From a virus: a stretch of DNA of 64,000 nt. The notes beneath the pieces were generated by a model. The model worked only from the letters and a program-made list of their open reading frames with translations, did not search any database and was not told where the DNA came from. The translations under genes and the position numbers were made by a program. The stretch is taken from the IMG/VR virus record IMGVR_UViG_2907847951_000001, positions 2,430 through 66,429 of that record. One strand, 5' to 3'. The stretch's first letter is position 1. Each line of letters starts with the position of its first letter. Shown here one piece after another: positions 18,971-26,836 of the stretch.

Positions 18971-19428
18971 CTGACGCAGAATTAGCACATACAAAAGAGC
19001 TGGCATTTTGGATGACAGAGCGTGTCTTCATGAATCCTATTAGCGCCAAGTTGCTCAATGAAGACTGGCGAAAAGCATTTCCTGATGAGGTGGCTGTAGC
19101 TGAGAGCATGAAAGCGCTGGTAGAGGCGCTGGAGAAGGCGCAGACCATCAACGCAGCAGCCGAAAAGCTGGTCCGCTGCAAAGGTCGCTATCACAGCGAG
19201 CAGAACTACCGAGCATTGGCGGCGTTGTTTGGCGTGAACACTCCAGATCTGCCGCCGCTGGATAGCGAGTCAAGCGCCGTCACCGTGAAGCTGCCCGATA
19301 TCAATGAGTACCTTGCAGAGGTTCACGATAAAACGCTAAATCGGGCCTTCCGGCTACTGGCTGAAGGTGTGCGTGCTGGTGATGTCGCCGCAATGCGCGC
19401 CGCTGGCATCAAGGTGGAGGCTGAGTGA
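18967..19428 (+). CDS. Ead/Ea22-like protein
   Basis: LVEALEKAQ motif; C-terminal ~50 aa near-identical to 3017..3976. Confidence 0.8.
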   Translation: MTDAELAHTKELAFWMTERVFMNPISAKLLNEDWRKAFPDEVAVAESMKALVEALEKAQTINAAAEKLVRCKGRYHSEQNYRALAALFGVNTPDLPPLDSESSAVTVKLPDINEYLAEVHDKTLNRAFRLLAEGVRAGDVAAMRAAGIKVEAE

Positions 19429-19604
19429 TGCGTAAATCATCAATAGCAATAGCGATGGCACTTGCCTCGATAGGTACAGCTTCTGTGGCATGGGAAAGAA
19501 CCATTTGTGAGCTTCGGCCGCAATCATATCCGGTTTCAAATCGCCATACAGGGAAGGCCGCAGAACGCCGAAACGCCAAACGCCGCAGGAGAGCAAAGAA
19601 ATGA
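19428..19604 (+). CDS. Small basic hypothetical protein
   Basis: Manual translation MRKSSIAIAMALASIG...HTGKAAERRNAKRRRRAKK; coupled overlaps. Confidence 0.55.
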   Translation: MRKSSIAIAMALASIGTASVAWERTICELRPQSYPVSNRHTGKAAERRNAKRRRRAKK

Positions 19605-19765
19605 CCAGCAAACTCAAAAAGCGCCGAATTCGCCGACTACGTGACGATGCGGCCTGGTACAAAGCAGAAGCCATGGACTGGCAGAAGAGGGTCTTTGAGT
19701 TGGCTGATGAAGTCGCAGCACTCAGAGAGAAGTTACATGAACTAACCAACAGGGGATCACCATGA
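19601..19765 (+). CDS. Small Eaa-like protein
   Basis: Manual translation MTSKLKKRRIRRLRDDAAWYKAEAMDW... Confidence 0.55.
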   Translation: MTSKLKKRRIRRLRDDAAWYKAEAMDWQKRVFELADEVAALREKLHELTNRGSP

Positions 19766-19921
19766 GCAATGTTATCCCGCTTCACACAGATTATCTCAGG
19801 CAGGCTTTTGAGCTTATCGAAAGTCTCAACGACACCTGGTTATCCAAAAAGCAGCAGGCCATCCTAGAGCAGACATTGTGCTGTCTGGAAAAGCAGATTG
19901 AACTCAACGTGAGGAAGGAAA

Positions 19922-20371
19922 GTGCAAATAGACCTGGTTAAACACCCAGGCGGCGTATTCTCCCCGGCAAACGAAACAGACCTCGAACGACTCCAGCGCT
20001 TCAAAAACGGCGAAACCTACACAGCAGAGATAAAGCTAACAAGGAACCCGTCTTTTCATCGGAAAGTCATGGCTTTCTTTGGCTTTTGTTTTGCGCACTG
20101 GAGTGCTGAGCGCGCAGGTCTGGAGCACATGGACGAGCATAGTCAGTTCGATCGCTTCAGAAAAGACCTCACTATTCTCGCAGGGTTTTACGTGAAGACT
20201 GTGAGGCTCAATGGCGATATCAGGGTGGAAGCACAAAGCCTGGCATACGCAAATATGGAGCAGGAAAAGTTCGAAAGGGTATTTAGCGCGCTGATCAACG
20301 CCGCTATTAAGCATGTGTTCTCCGGCACAAAAGACCCAATCATTCTAAATCAATTGCAGTCATTTTTCTGA
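19922..20371 (+). CDS. DUF1367 family protein
   Basis: RNPSFHRKVMAFF, FDRFRKDLTILAGFY, SLAYANM motifs. Confidence 0.85.
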   Translation: MQIDLVKHPGGVFSPANETDLERLQRFKNGETYTAEIKLTRNPSFHRKVMAFFGFCFAHWSAERAGLEHMDEHSQFDRFRKDLTILAGFYVKTVRLNGDIRVEAQSLAYANMEQEKFERVFSALINAAIKHVFSGTKDPIILNQLQSFF

Positions 20372-20379
20372 GGTGCATC

Positions 20380-20703
20380 ATGTCAAATCGCAAGGTCACC
20401 ACCAGAACCCTCCTGGTTCTCAGGGAGCTGTCATCAACCATGACCGGCAAAGAAGCATCCAAAGTTCTCAATTACAAACCAGCCACCATGTATGACGTCG
20501 CTTATCGCTACGGAATTAAATTCACTTCATCTAAATGCCGGCATTCAGCCGAAACCATCCAACGGATTAAATCGCTCAGAGAAGAGCAAAAACTCAAGTT
20601 CCGGGAAATCTCTGAAATAACCGGATTCACTACCAATGTCTGCATCTACCTCTACGGAAGGCGCGATATATGCGACAGACACCCTTCGTCTACGACCCAA
20701 TGA
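20380..20703 (+). CDS. HTH DNA-binding protein
   Basis: Two HTH-like segments; GAGG RBS. Confidence 0.7.
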   Translation: MSNRKVTTRTLLVLRELSSTMTGKEASKVLNYKPATMYDVAYRYGIKFTSSKCRHSAETIQRIKSLREEQKLKFREISEITGFTTNVCIYLYGRRDICDRHPSSTTQ

Positions 20704-20870
20704 CCAACGAAGAAGCTGAGGCCTTAATTGCTGCATACACCTCCCGCAACATCGTTGCTACTAAAACCCTCGCGCATGACCCTCGACTATGGATAGTGAC
20801 AGTAATTCTGCCTGAGTCATTACGGGAACCACGGATAGACCGGCGCTATCAACAGAAGCACTGGACATGA
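20700..20870 (+). CDS. Small nin-region protein
   Basis: MTNEEAEALIAAY...WIVTVILPE pattern. Confidence 0.6.
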   Translation: MTNEEAEALIAAYTSRNIVATKTLAHDPRLWIVTVILPESLREPRIDRRYQQKHWT

Positions 20871-20969
20871 ACGCTAAAGAATCAAACTCACTCAGAACGC
20901 AATTTCTCATCATGCACTGGTGGTGCGGAATTGACCTCGCCTACTACGTAATAAAACGGGACGCCAAAA

Positions 20970-21140
20970 ATGCTAAGTCCTGAACAAATCACCCAGTATC
21001 ACGCTGAGTGCAACCGGCGCGCTGGCGTCTGCCTCGAATGCGGCATCAGGCTTGTCGAGCAGGAATGCCACGTATGCGATCGGTGCGCAATAAACCTTTA
21101 TCCCGATCAGAACCAGGAAGAGGAGCCGGAAGATGGCTAG
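20970..21140 (+). CDS. ninF: NinF-like zinc-binding protein
   Basis: Manual translation MLSPEQITQY...CLECG..L...ECHVCDRC...EEEPEDG resembles lambda/P22 NinF. Confidence 0.75.
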   Translation: MLSPEQITQYHAECNRRAGVCLECGIRLVEQECHVCDRCAINLYPDQNQEEEPEDG

Positions 21141-21384
21141 ACCTAACTCACCACCAAAACCCTATACGGAAAAAGAGAAGGAATACATCCGAAGAGTGGC
21201 AGGGAAGGTGCCAGTAGAAGTGATGGCAGCCGCAATAAACAGGCCTGTAAAGGCCGTTCTGTGGTGGGCTAACAACCATGGCATTAGCCTTCGAGTTCCA
21301 TTCGAGACGCTGGCAAAGCATTGGCCTGACCAGGCAAACAGAATGACGGGAGGGAAACTGAAGAAGGAGGCATGTGATGGCTAA
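21133..21384 (+). CDS. HTH-like protein
   Basis: YTEKEKEYIRRVAG...MAAAINRP pattern. Confidence 0.65.
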   Translation: MARPNSPPKPYTEKEKEYIRRVAGKVPVEVMAAAINRPVKAVLWWANNHGISLRVPFETLAKHWPDQANRMTGGKLKKEACDG

Positions 21385-22000
21385 GGGCGCGATGCCTAAA
21401 CCCAAAAAATGCCCCATTTGCTCCACTGAATACATCCCACGAAGTTCTCTCCAGAAGGTCTGTCACAACTATAAATGCGCTATCGCTTACAACAAAAAGC
21501 GAGATGAAGAAAATGCAGCCCGCAACAAGCGAAAGCAAGAGCGCCTCCAAAAATCTGAGCTTAAGCAGCGAAAGGATAGGCTTAAAACTGCTTCACAATG
21601 GAATAAAGAAGCTCAGGCAGCAGTAAACAAGTTCATTTACTGGCGTGACTATGGAAGGCCGTGTATCGCATGTGGAAGACCTCTTAATTATGGCGTTCGC
21701 GGGGGTGCTGTAGACTCCAGCCACTATCGCTCAAGAGGCGCAGCTCCATGGCTTCGTTTTAATGTTTTCAACAACCACTCTGGCTGCGTGAGATGCAACA
21801 GGGAACTATCAGGCAATCTGATTCCATACCGAATTAACCTCATAGAGAAAATTGGCCTGCAACGGGTCGAGCGTATAGAGCATGACAATACAGTAAGGAA
21901 GTTTTCTATCGAATACCTGAAGCGTGTGAAAGCAATATTCACGCGACGGGCAAGGCATTACGAAAAATTGAGAAAGAGACAACTGGAGGTGGCGGCCTGA
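21377..22000 (+). CDS. ninG: NinG/Rap recombination endonuclease
   Basis: KCPIC, RDYGRPCIACG, HYRSRGAAP.LRF, CVRCN...GN motifs. Confidence 0.92.
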   Translation: MAKGAMPKPKKCPICSTEYIPRSSLQKVCHNYKCAIAYNKKRDEENAARNKRKQERLQKSELKQRKDRLKTASQWNKEAQAAVNKFIYWRDYGRPCIACGRPLNYGVRGGAVDSSHYRSRGAAPWLRFNVFNNHSGCVRCNRELSGNLIPYRINLIEKIGLQRVERIEHDNTVRKFSIEYLKRVKAIFTRRARHYEKLRKRQLEVAA

Positions 22001-22048
22001 TTCGTTAACTCCAATAAACCAGCACTGTATTAATTCAAGGTAAAAACC

Positions 22049-22228
22049 ATGAACACAGTAACCAGCATTAACCAGGCAAAAATGCAGAAGACCCGCGACC
22101 ACGCAGAACTCGCCAGCGTTCAGCAGATTAAAGGTCAATGCCAGCGGACGCTCGACTATCTGAATGCCAGGGAATCAGAACTCAAGGAGAAACTTGGCAT
22201 CACAGACGATGACCCCGAGGTGGCATGA
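22049..22228 (+). CDS. Small hypothetical protein
   Basis: Manual translation MNTVTSINQAK...ELKEKLGITDDDPEVA. Confidence 0.55.
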   Translation: MNTVTSINQAKMQKTRDHAELASVQQIKGQCQRTLDYLNARESELKEKLGITDDDPEVA

Positions 22229-22413
22229 TGTGCTCGTACACCATCGAGGAAATCAAAGCGCTCGCTATCAGCAGCGGCAGCGCAAACCAGTTCTTTATGC
22301 GAACCGGTATCAAGCCGAACGACGTAATCAGCATCCTTTGCGATCTGATTCAGGAAAGCGGAATCGTACAAACCTCAACCCCACTCGTTATTACCCCATC
22401 TAAATCAGGATAG
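22225..22413 (+). CDS. Small hypothetical protein
   Basis: 62 aa ORF coupled to the previous stop. Confidence 0.5.
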   Translation: MMCSYTIEEIKALAISSGSANQFFMRTGIKPNDVISILCDLIQESGIVQTSTPLVITPSKSG

Positions 22414-22756
22414 TTCTCTCAGAAGGACATCACTATGACAACGTTTGATTATTACCGCTTAGCAAGGCTGCGCGGGAAGCTTCGCTATGCCCGAGATTAT
22501 GAGCGGCGAATTATGGATGAAATCAGAGCAGTGGAAGCAGGTAAGAAAGGAGTCATTGATACGGTGTTAACCCAGTTAATCAGGTGGTGCGCATGATGAC
22601 GCTATTCGTTTTATTCGTGGCCGTGTATGCATTCTTCGCCGGCATGGTAGCCGAGCACGAACATACAAAGATGCTGGCAGATGGGAAAGCAGATGTTGAG
22701 CTGCCCTCATTAAAAATTGCATTGCTATGGCCTTTATATATCTGGAGGAATGATAA

Positions 22757-23380
22757 GTGAAGCAACTGCAGCGCGACCTTCAAAATTTATCAAAACTCGC
22801 AGGAGTAAGGCGAGAAACAGACATGCGAAGGCTTTTCGGGAATGGATGGAAGACCATTAGCGAATCAAAGGCCAAATGGATACGCTACATGCTGACAGTT
22901 TGGGGTGATCACATGCGTGGTGATTGTGCTCCTGCCAGCCAGGTGAATGTAATTGGCCGGCTGATGATGCGAACAGAATGGAGTGAACAAAAGGGACGGC
23001 AAATCGAAGAGGTCGTTACTGCATTGCATTGCCAGGGCTACAGGGATGAGGAATTGCTAAGAAAGGCAAGAGATATCATTATCCCCGAGTCATCAGTGCG
23101 CAACATCATTGCTCTCGCCAAAGAATCAGATGATGCTGCGTTTATGGAACGGGTTATAACGACAACTCTTGGGGCTGGAAGCCCTGTCCTCTCATTAGCC
23201 AGATTACGATACTGCAATCGCAAAAGCTCGCAAGCTATAAACAGGGCGCTAATTAGCATGACGGGCATAACCTGCAAGGAAGCGCGAAACAGAATAGAAT
23301 GGGCTGAAAATATCCTTGAAGGGGAACTGTTTTACGCCTCTAAACGAGAAATTGAGAAAGAATTTCTATCTGCGGCATGA
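22757..23380 (+). CDS. Q: Late antiterminator Q
   Basis: WIRYMLTVWG...NVIGRLM...EARNRIEWAE pattern; last gene before the late leader and lysis genes. Confidence 0.8.
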   Translation: MKQLQRDLQNLSKLAGVRRETDMRRLFGNGWKTISESKAKWIRYMLTVWGDHMRGDCAPASQVNVIGRLMMRTEWSEQKGRQIEEVVTALHCQGYRDEELLRKARDIIIPESSVRNIIALAKESDDAAFMERVITTTLGAGSPVLSLARLRYCNRKSSQAINRALISMTGITCKEARNRIEWAENILEGELFYASKREIEKEFLSAA

Positions 23381-23472
23381 AATAGCACGAATAGCTAAAG
23401 ACAAAGGGCAAGGGAACTGCCATATTTGAGGTATGCTCGGGAGCAATAGCGAACAGAGCAGCCGAATTTAAG

Positions 23473-23499
23473 AGCCTCACAGCAATGTGGGGCTTTTTT
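23473..23499 (+). terminator. tR'-like terminator of the late leader
   Basis: AGCCTCAC-AGCAAT-GTGGGGCT TTTTT about 100 bp after Q. Confidence 0.75.
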
Positions 23500-23504
23500 G
23501 TTTC

Positions 23505-24142
23505 TGCAATCCGGTCAGGGCTTTTGAGTTAATGCGTGCTGCACGACACGCTGAGGCTCATACGCGAGAGTCCTGAGCCAGATTGCAAACACTGCGTCAT
23601 GGTGGCGTGGTTATCTGCGCATAGGTGCTTGACTGATCAGCAGGCCGTTGCTCCACGAAACGGAGCCCATAACAGGTAAGAAAGTTACCGGAAGCAACGC
23701 CGTGGTAGTGCACGGTCCACTGTGGTAAGTAGCTTTCTTTCCGTTGTGATGAATGTGCGGGCTGACGCACTGGTTTAGGGTGGGCAGTTTCCCATGCCTT
23801 TCCGGACTCGAGCGGAAAAACTGATTCACTAAGGGTAGGCAATGCAGGAGATCAGCACCTGCCATCACAACTGTATGCTTGGGCGGGTGGTTACTATACA
23901 AAAGCCATTGGCTACCACCTCAACCCTCTCAATAGGCAAGAGCATTGTAAGTAGCATATCTGGGAAATGCGGCTTATGCAGATGCGGTTCGATTCCGCCG
24001 CAGTGCTCTTTTCTATTGTGGTGTAACTCAATTCCCGCTTGCGGGTTAGATGGGTAGAGTAATGCATCAACTGGCATAGCCAGCTGGATAGGCATGATGC
24101 TAATGCCGTTCCAGAGTATCGGTTCGAGTCCGATCACCACAA
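23505..24142 (+). ncRNA. Tandem structured RNA array with three tRNA-like domains
   Basis: Back-to-back closing stems; TTCGA T-arms at 23984 and 24118; acceptor-like stems GTTGTGATG/CATCACAAC and TGTGGTG/CACCACA; no canonical anticodon arm. Confidence 0.6.
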
Positions 24143-24305
24143 TCCCATCCCTCTACCTTGGGACCCTTAAGGCCGTAGAGCCTGCTTTCACCCTCATTGC
24201 TTCCTTTGCCTGCTCTCCCTCAGGCAATTTTTTAAAGCGCATTATCACCAAAGACCAGACAGACACTATCAACCTTATCCGCTGTGGCTACGGGTTAGTG
24301 CGCTT

Positions 24306-24335
24306 AAAAAAATAAAACCCGCAATAAGCGGGCTT
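24306..24335 (-). terminator. Minus-strand terminator within the late leader
   Basis: GCCCGC-TTATT-GCGGGT TTTATTTTTTT on the minus strand. Confidence 0.6.
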
Positions 24336-24562
24336 CGTGAATATGGGCGGCAAGAGGCTGCGTCAACAGCCTCCTGCCTGATTTGCTCATGCCTTTAATC
24401 ACGAACAAACCACGTTACCGCAAACCGTATCCTGGATTTGTTCGAAAAGAAACTTCACGTACTCCGAATTTGAACAGATCCCCCATTTTTGGGGTCGCTT
24501 ACGCGGCCTGGTAGTCTCATGCCAGTCGCTTTATCAGGCCACCGCATGGTGGAGACTACGCA

Positions 24563-24859
24563 ATGGCAAACGGAACAGAATTATTTCCGGCTTTGCTTCT
24601 CGCGCTCATCATGACGGTGCTAGGTTCATGGGCAAAGTATGAGACCAGGCCGATTGCTGAAAAGGTCAGCCTTGGCAGTCATATGATCGTGTCAATCTTT
24701 GCTGGAACTATGATGGCTCTATATGGGCTGGACAAACAGTGGTCACTCTACATCCTCGGTATGGGGTGCGGGGCTGCAGGATGGCAAGGTGCAGCGATCC
24801 TCAAAAAGTTGCCATGGTTCAGCCAAAGTGACAATGGTGATAATTATGGCAAGAACTGA
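24563..24859 (+). CDS. Holin (LydA-like, 3 predicted TM segments)
   Basis: Hydrophobic segments, S.FAG...CGAAGWQG motif, upstream of endolysin. Confidence 0.8.
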   Translation: MANGTELFPALLLALIMTVLGSWAKYETRPIAEKVSLGSHMIVSIFAGTMMALYGLDKQWSLYILGMGCGAAGWQGAAILKKLPWFSQSDNGDNYGKN

Positions 24860-25142
24860 GATCAGGGTCGGAAGGTATATCTTCGACCTTGTACCTGTCG
24901 TGTTTCTTATCTTAACCGCGATTCTCTGCAATCAGTTCAATGATTCAGTGAATAACAGTCGTGACGCGGTAAAGCTAGCCAGCGATATGAACAGACAGCG
25001 AACAGCCGCAGAGATGCGCGCTATGCATGCTGAGCGTGAAGCCGCCAAAAATGGCGGAGGCTCATTCAACGTATTCGTTATCCAGCCAGATAAGCGCAAC
25101 GCTTCATCTCCGGCCTATGTCGACCTGAACAAACCCTTGTGA
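24846..25142 (+). CDS. Single-TM lysis accessory protein (possible antiholin)
   Basis: MARTEIRVGRYIFDLVPVVFLILTAILC followed by a coiled coil; between holin and endolysin. Confidence 0.6.
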   Translation: MARTEIRVGRYIFDLVPVVFLILTAILCNQFNDSVNNSRDAVKLASDMNRQRTAAEMRAMHAEREAAKNGGGSFNVFVIQPDKRNASSPAYVDLNKPL

Positions 25143-25149
25143 GTGATGT

Positions 25150-25782
25150 ATGAACCAGACGCAGTTTAAGCTAGCCGCACAGATTACTGATGCGCTGGCC
25201 GCAAAGTGGTTTCCTCACATTCAGAAAACCATGGCTGAGTTTGGCATCGATACTCCGCTTCGGCAGGCAGCATTCATCGCGCAGATCGGCACTGAGTCGA
25301 ACGGGTTTAAATCTGTGGTCGAGTCCCTTAATTATTCAGTTGAAGGCCTGAAGATTTTCGGCTCACGACTGACAACAGAGCAGCGGCAGAGACTTGGAAG
25401 GAAACCTGGTGAGCTTGCTCTTTCTCCATCATGTCAGGCGGATATTGCCAACATCGTTTATGGCGGCCGCTACGGAAACGTAAACCCTGGCGATGGCTGG
25501 AAGTTCAGAGGTCGCGGGCTAAAGCAGGTCACCTTCCACGACAACTATCTGGCATGCGGTAAAGCGCTTGGCTTAGACCTCATCGCTAATCCTGATTTGT
25601 TACTCCTGGACGAAAACGCTTCCCGTAGTGCCGGCTGGTTCTGGAAAGCAAACAACTGCAACCAGTTTGCAGACAAAGAAGACATTGTCGGACTGACAAA
25701 ACGTATCAATGGCGGGACAAACGGCCTGGACGACCGGAAAGCTCGTTACATCATCGCTAAAGGCGTTCTGGTGAAAAAATGA
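25150..25782 (+). CDS. GH19 endolysin
   Basis: AAFIAQIGTES, GDGWKFRGRGLKQVT, SAGWFW, INGGTNGL motifs. Confidence 0.93.
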   Translation: MNQTQFKLAAQITDALAAKWFPHIQKTMAEFGIDTPLRQAAFIAQIGTESNGFKSVVESLNYSVEGLKIFGSRLTTEQRQRLGRKPGELALSPSCQADIANIVYGGRYGNVNPGDGWKFRGRGLKQVTFHDNYLACGKALGLDLIANPDLLLLDENASRSAGWFWKANNCNQFADKEDIVGLTKRINGGTNGLDDRKARYIIAKGVLVKK

Positions 25783-25994
25783 AATTTATTGATAACCTTC
25801 CGCAACTCTGGAAAATGTGGTCAGTCCGCATCATGGCGATTCTGGCGCTGGTTGCTTCCGTCTGGGCACAAATCCCTGACGATGTGAAAGCCCTAATCCC
25901 TCCTCAGTATCTCGGCTATGCAGTCGGCTTTGTGTCGGTATGCGGCATCATTGCCCGGGCCATTAAGCAATTCAACACCGATGAGCAAAAATGA
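25779..25994 (+). CDS. Second holin-like 2-TM protein
   Basis: MKFIDN...WKMWSVR pattern with two TM segments ending IARAIKQ. Confidence 0.7.
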   Translation: MKFIDNLPQLWKMWSVRIMAILALVASVWAQIPDDVKALIPPQYLGYAVGFVSVCGIIARAIKQFNTDEQK

Positions 25995-26551
25995 ACATCC
26001 CATCGCTGTTTCAGCCTGGCTGGAAATGGTGGCCTGGCTGGAAATGGTGCGGAATTGCATTGCTGTGTGGTGCCTTGCTTGGCGCACTTGCCACCTGGTG
26101 GGTGACTGATAACAAGTTCACCGCCGACATCGCCACGATAAAGCAGCAGCACGCCGAAGACCTCAAAGCCATCAGTGACGAAGCAAGCTTTCAGAGGGAC
26201 AGGATTGCATTACAAGAGCATACGTTTGCCGCTCAGAATGCTGTCAGCGACCTGAAGCACACCAAGGAGTTAACCGATGCGCTCGCAGAAAATAAAGCTC
26301 TTCGCGAGTCTATTTCCAATGGTTCTCGCCAGTTGCAGCTCGCCAAAGCCGGTCTTGCAACCTGTAACCTGTCAAAAAGTGCAACTTCCAGCGCCAGCGG
26401 CCTGGGTGATGCTGGAACCATCGCCTTCTCTGACGATTTTGGACGGAACATTTACGACATCCGCGCCGGAATCATCAGCGACCAGCAAAAACTGAAAGCG
26501 CTGCAGGATTACATCCGCTCCGCTCAGGATGCTGGCGTGATAGCGAAATAA
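25991..26551 (+). CDS. Rz: Rz i-spanin
   Basis: N-terminal TM, coiled coil, ALQDYIR motif. Confidence 0.88.
   Translation: MNIPSLFQPGWKWWPGWKWCGIALLCGALLGALATWWVTDNKFTADIATIKQQHAEDLKAISDEASFQRDRIALQEHTFAAQNAVSDLKHTKELTDALAENKALRESISNGSRQLQLAKAGLATCNLSKSATSSASGLGDAGTIAFSDDFGRNIYDIRAGIISDQQKLKALQDYIRSAQDAGVIAK
26277..26495 (+). CDS. Rz1: Rz1 o-spanin lipoprotein embedded in Rz
   Basis: Lipobox LASC, Pro-rich, PAAWVM motif, alternate frame inside Rz. Confidence 0.85.
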   Translation: MRSQKIKLFASLFPMVLASCSSPKPVLQPVTCQKVQLPAPAAWVMLEPSPSLTILDGTFTTSAPESSATSKN

Positions 26552-26663
26552 AAGAATGTGTAGCCACGGAAGGAGGTCGATCCACATCTTGGCAGGCCGG
26601 AACAGACGGAAGTGGCTCAGCACCGCTGTAAAGCAGAGCGAAAGCTGCGAAAGAACCTCAAAG

Positions 26664-26691
26664 GCTCAGTCAGAAATGGCTGGGCTTTTTT
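26664..26691 (+). terminator. Intrinsic terminator
   Basis: GCTCAGTC-AGAAAT-GGCTGGGC TTTTT. Confidence 0.6.
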
Positions 26692-26704
26692 ATTGCCCCA
26701 ACCC

Positions 26705-26836
26705 AGCGCCATGCCCGGCGTAGTCAAACCACAAAGCCTTACAGAAATAAGCCTCGGAGAAACACCGTTATAAGCGGCGGCTTCTTTGTGGGCGGTTTTT
26801 CTGGGCAACGAGGCTTATCTCTATAAGGTTAACGCA
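26705..26836 (+). promoter_or_regulatory. Structured leader of Rha gene (copy 1)
   Basis: ~20-bp outer stem covers the AAGG SD; homologous to 42080..42209. Confidence 0.6.

Noticed and set aside
23633-23667. Hammerhead-like CTGATCAG...CGAAAC
   Set aside because: The core deviates from CUGANGA plus stem II, and GAAAC sits in a GCTCC/GGAGC hairpin loop; no stem I/III pairing found
24016-24142. Functional tRNA gene
   Set aside because: Acceptor stem and T-arm are present, but no 7-nt anticodon loop can be assigned at the canonical position; reported as tRNA-like instead
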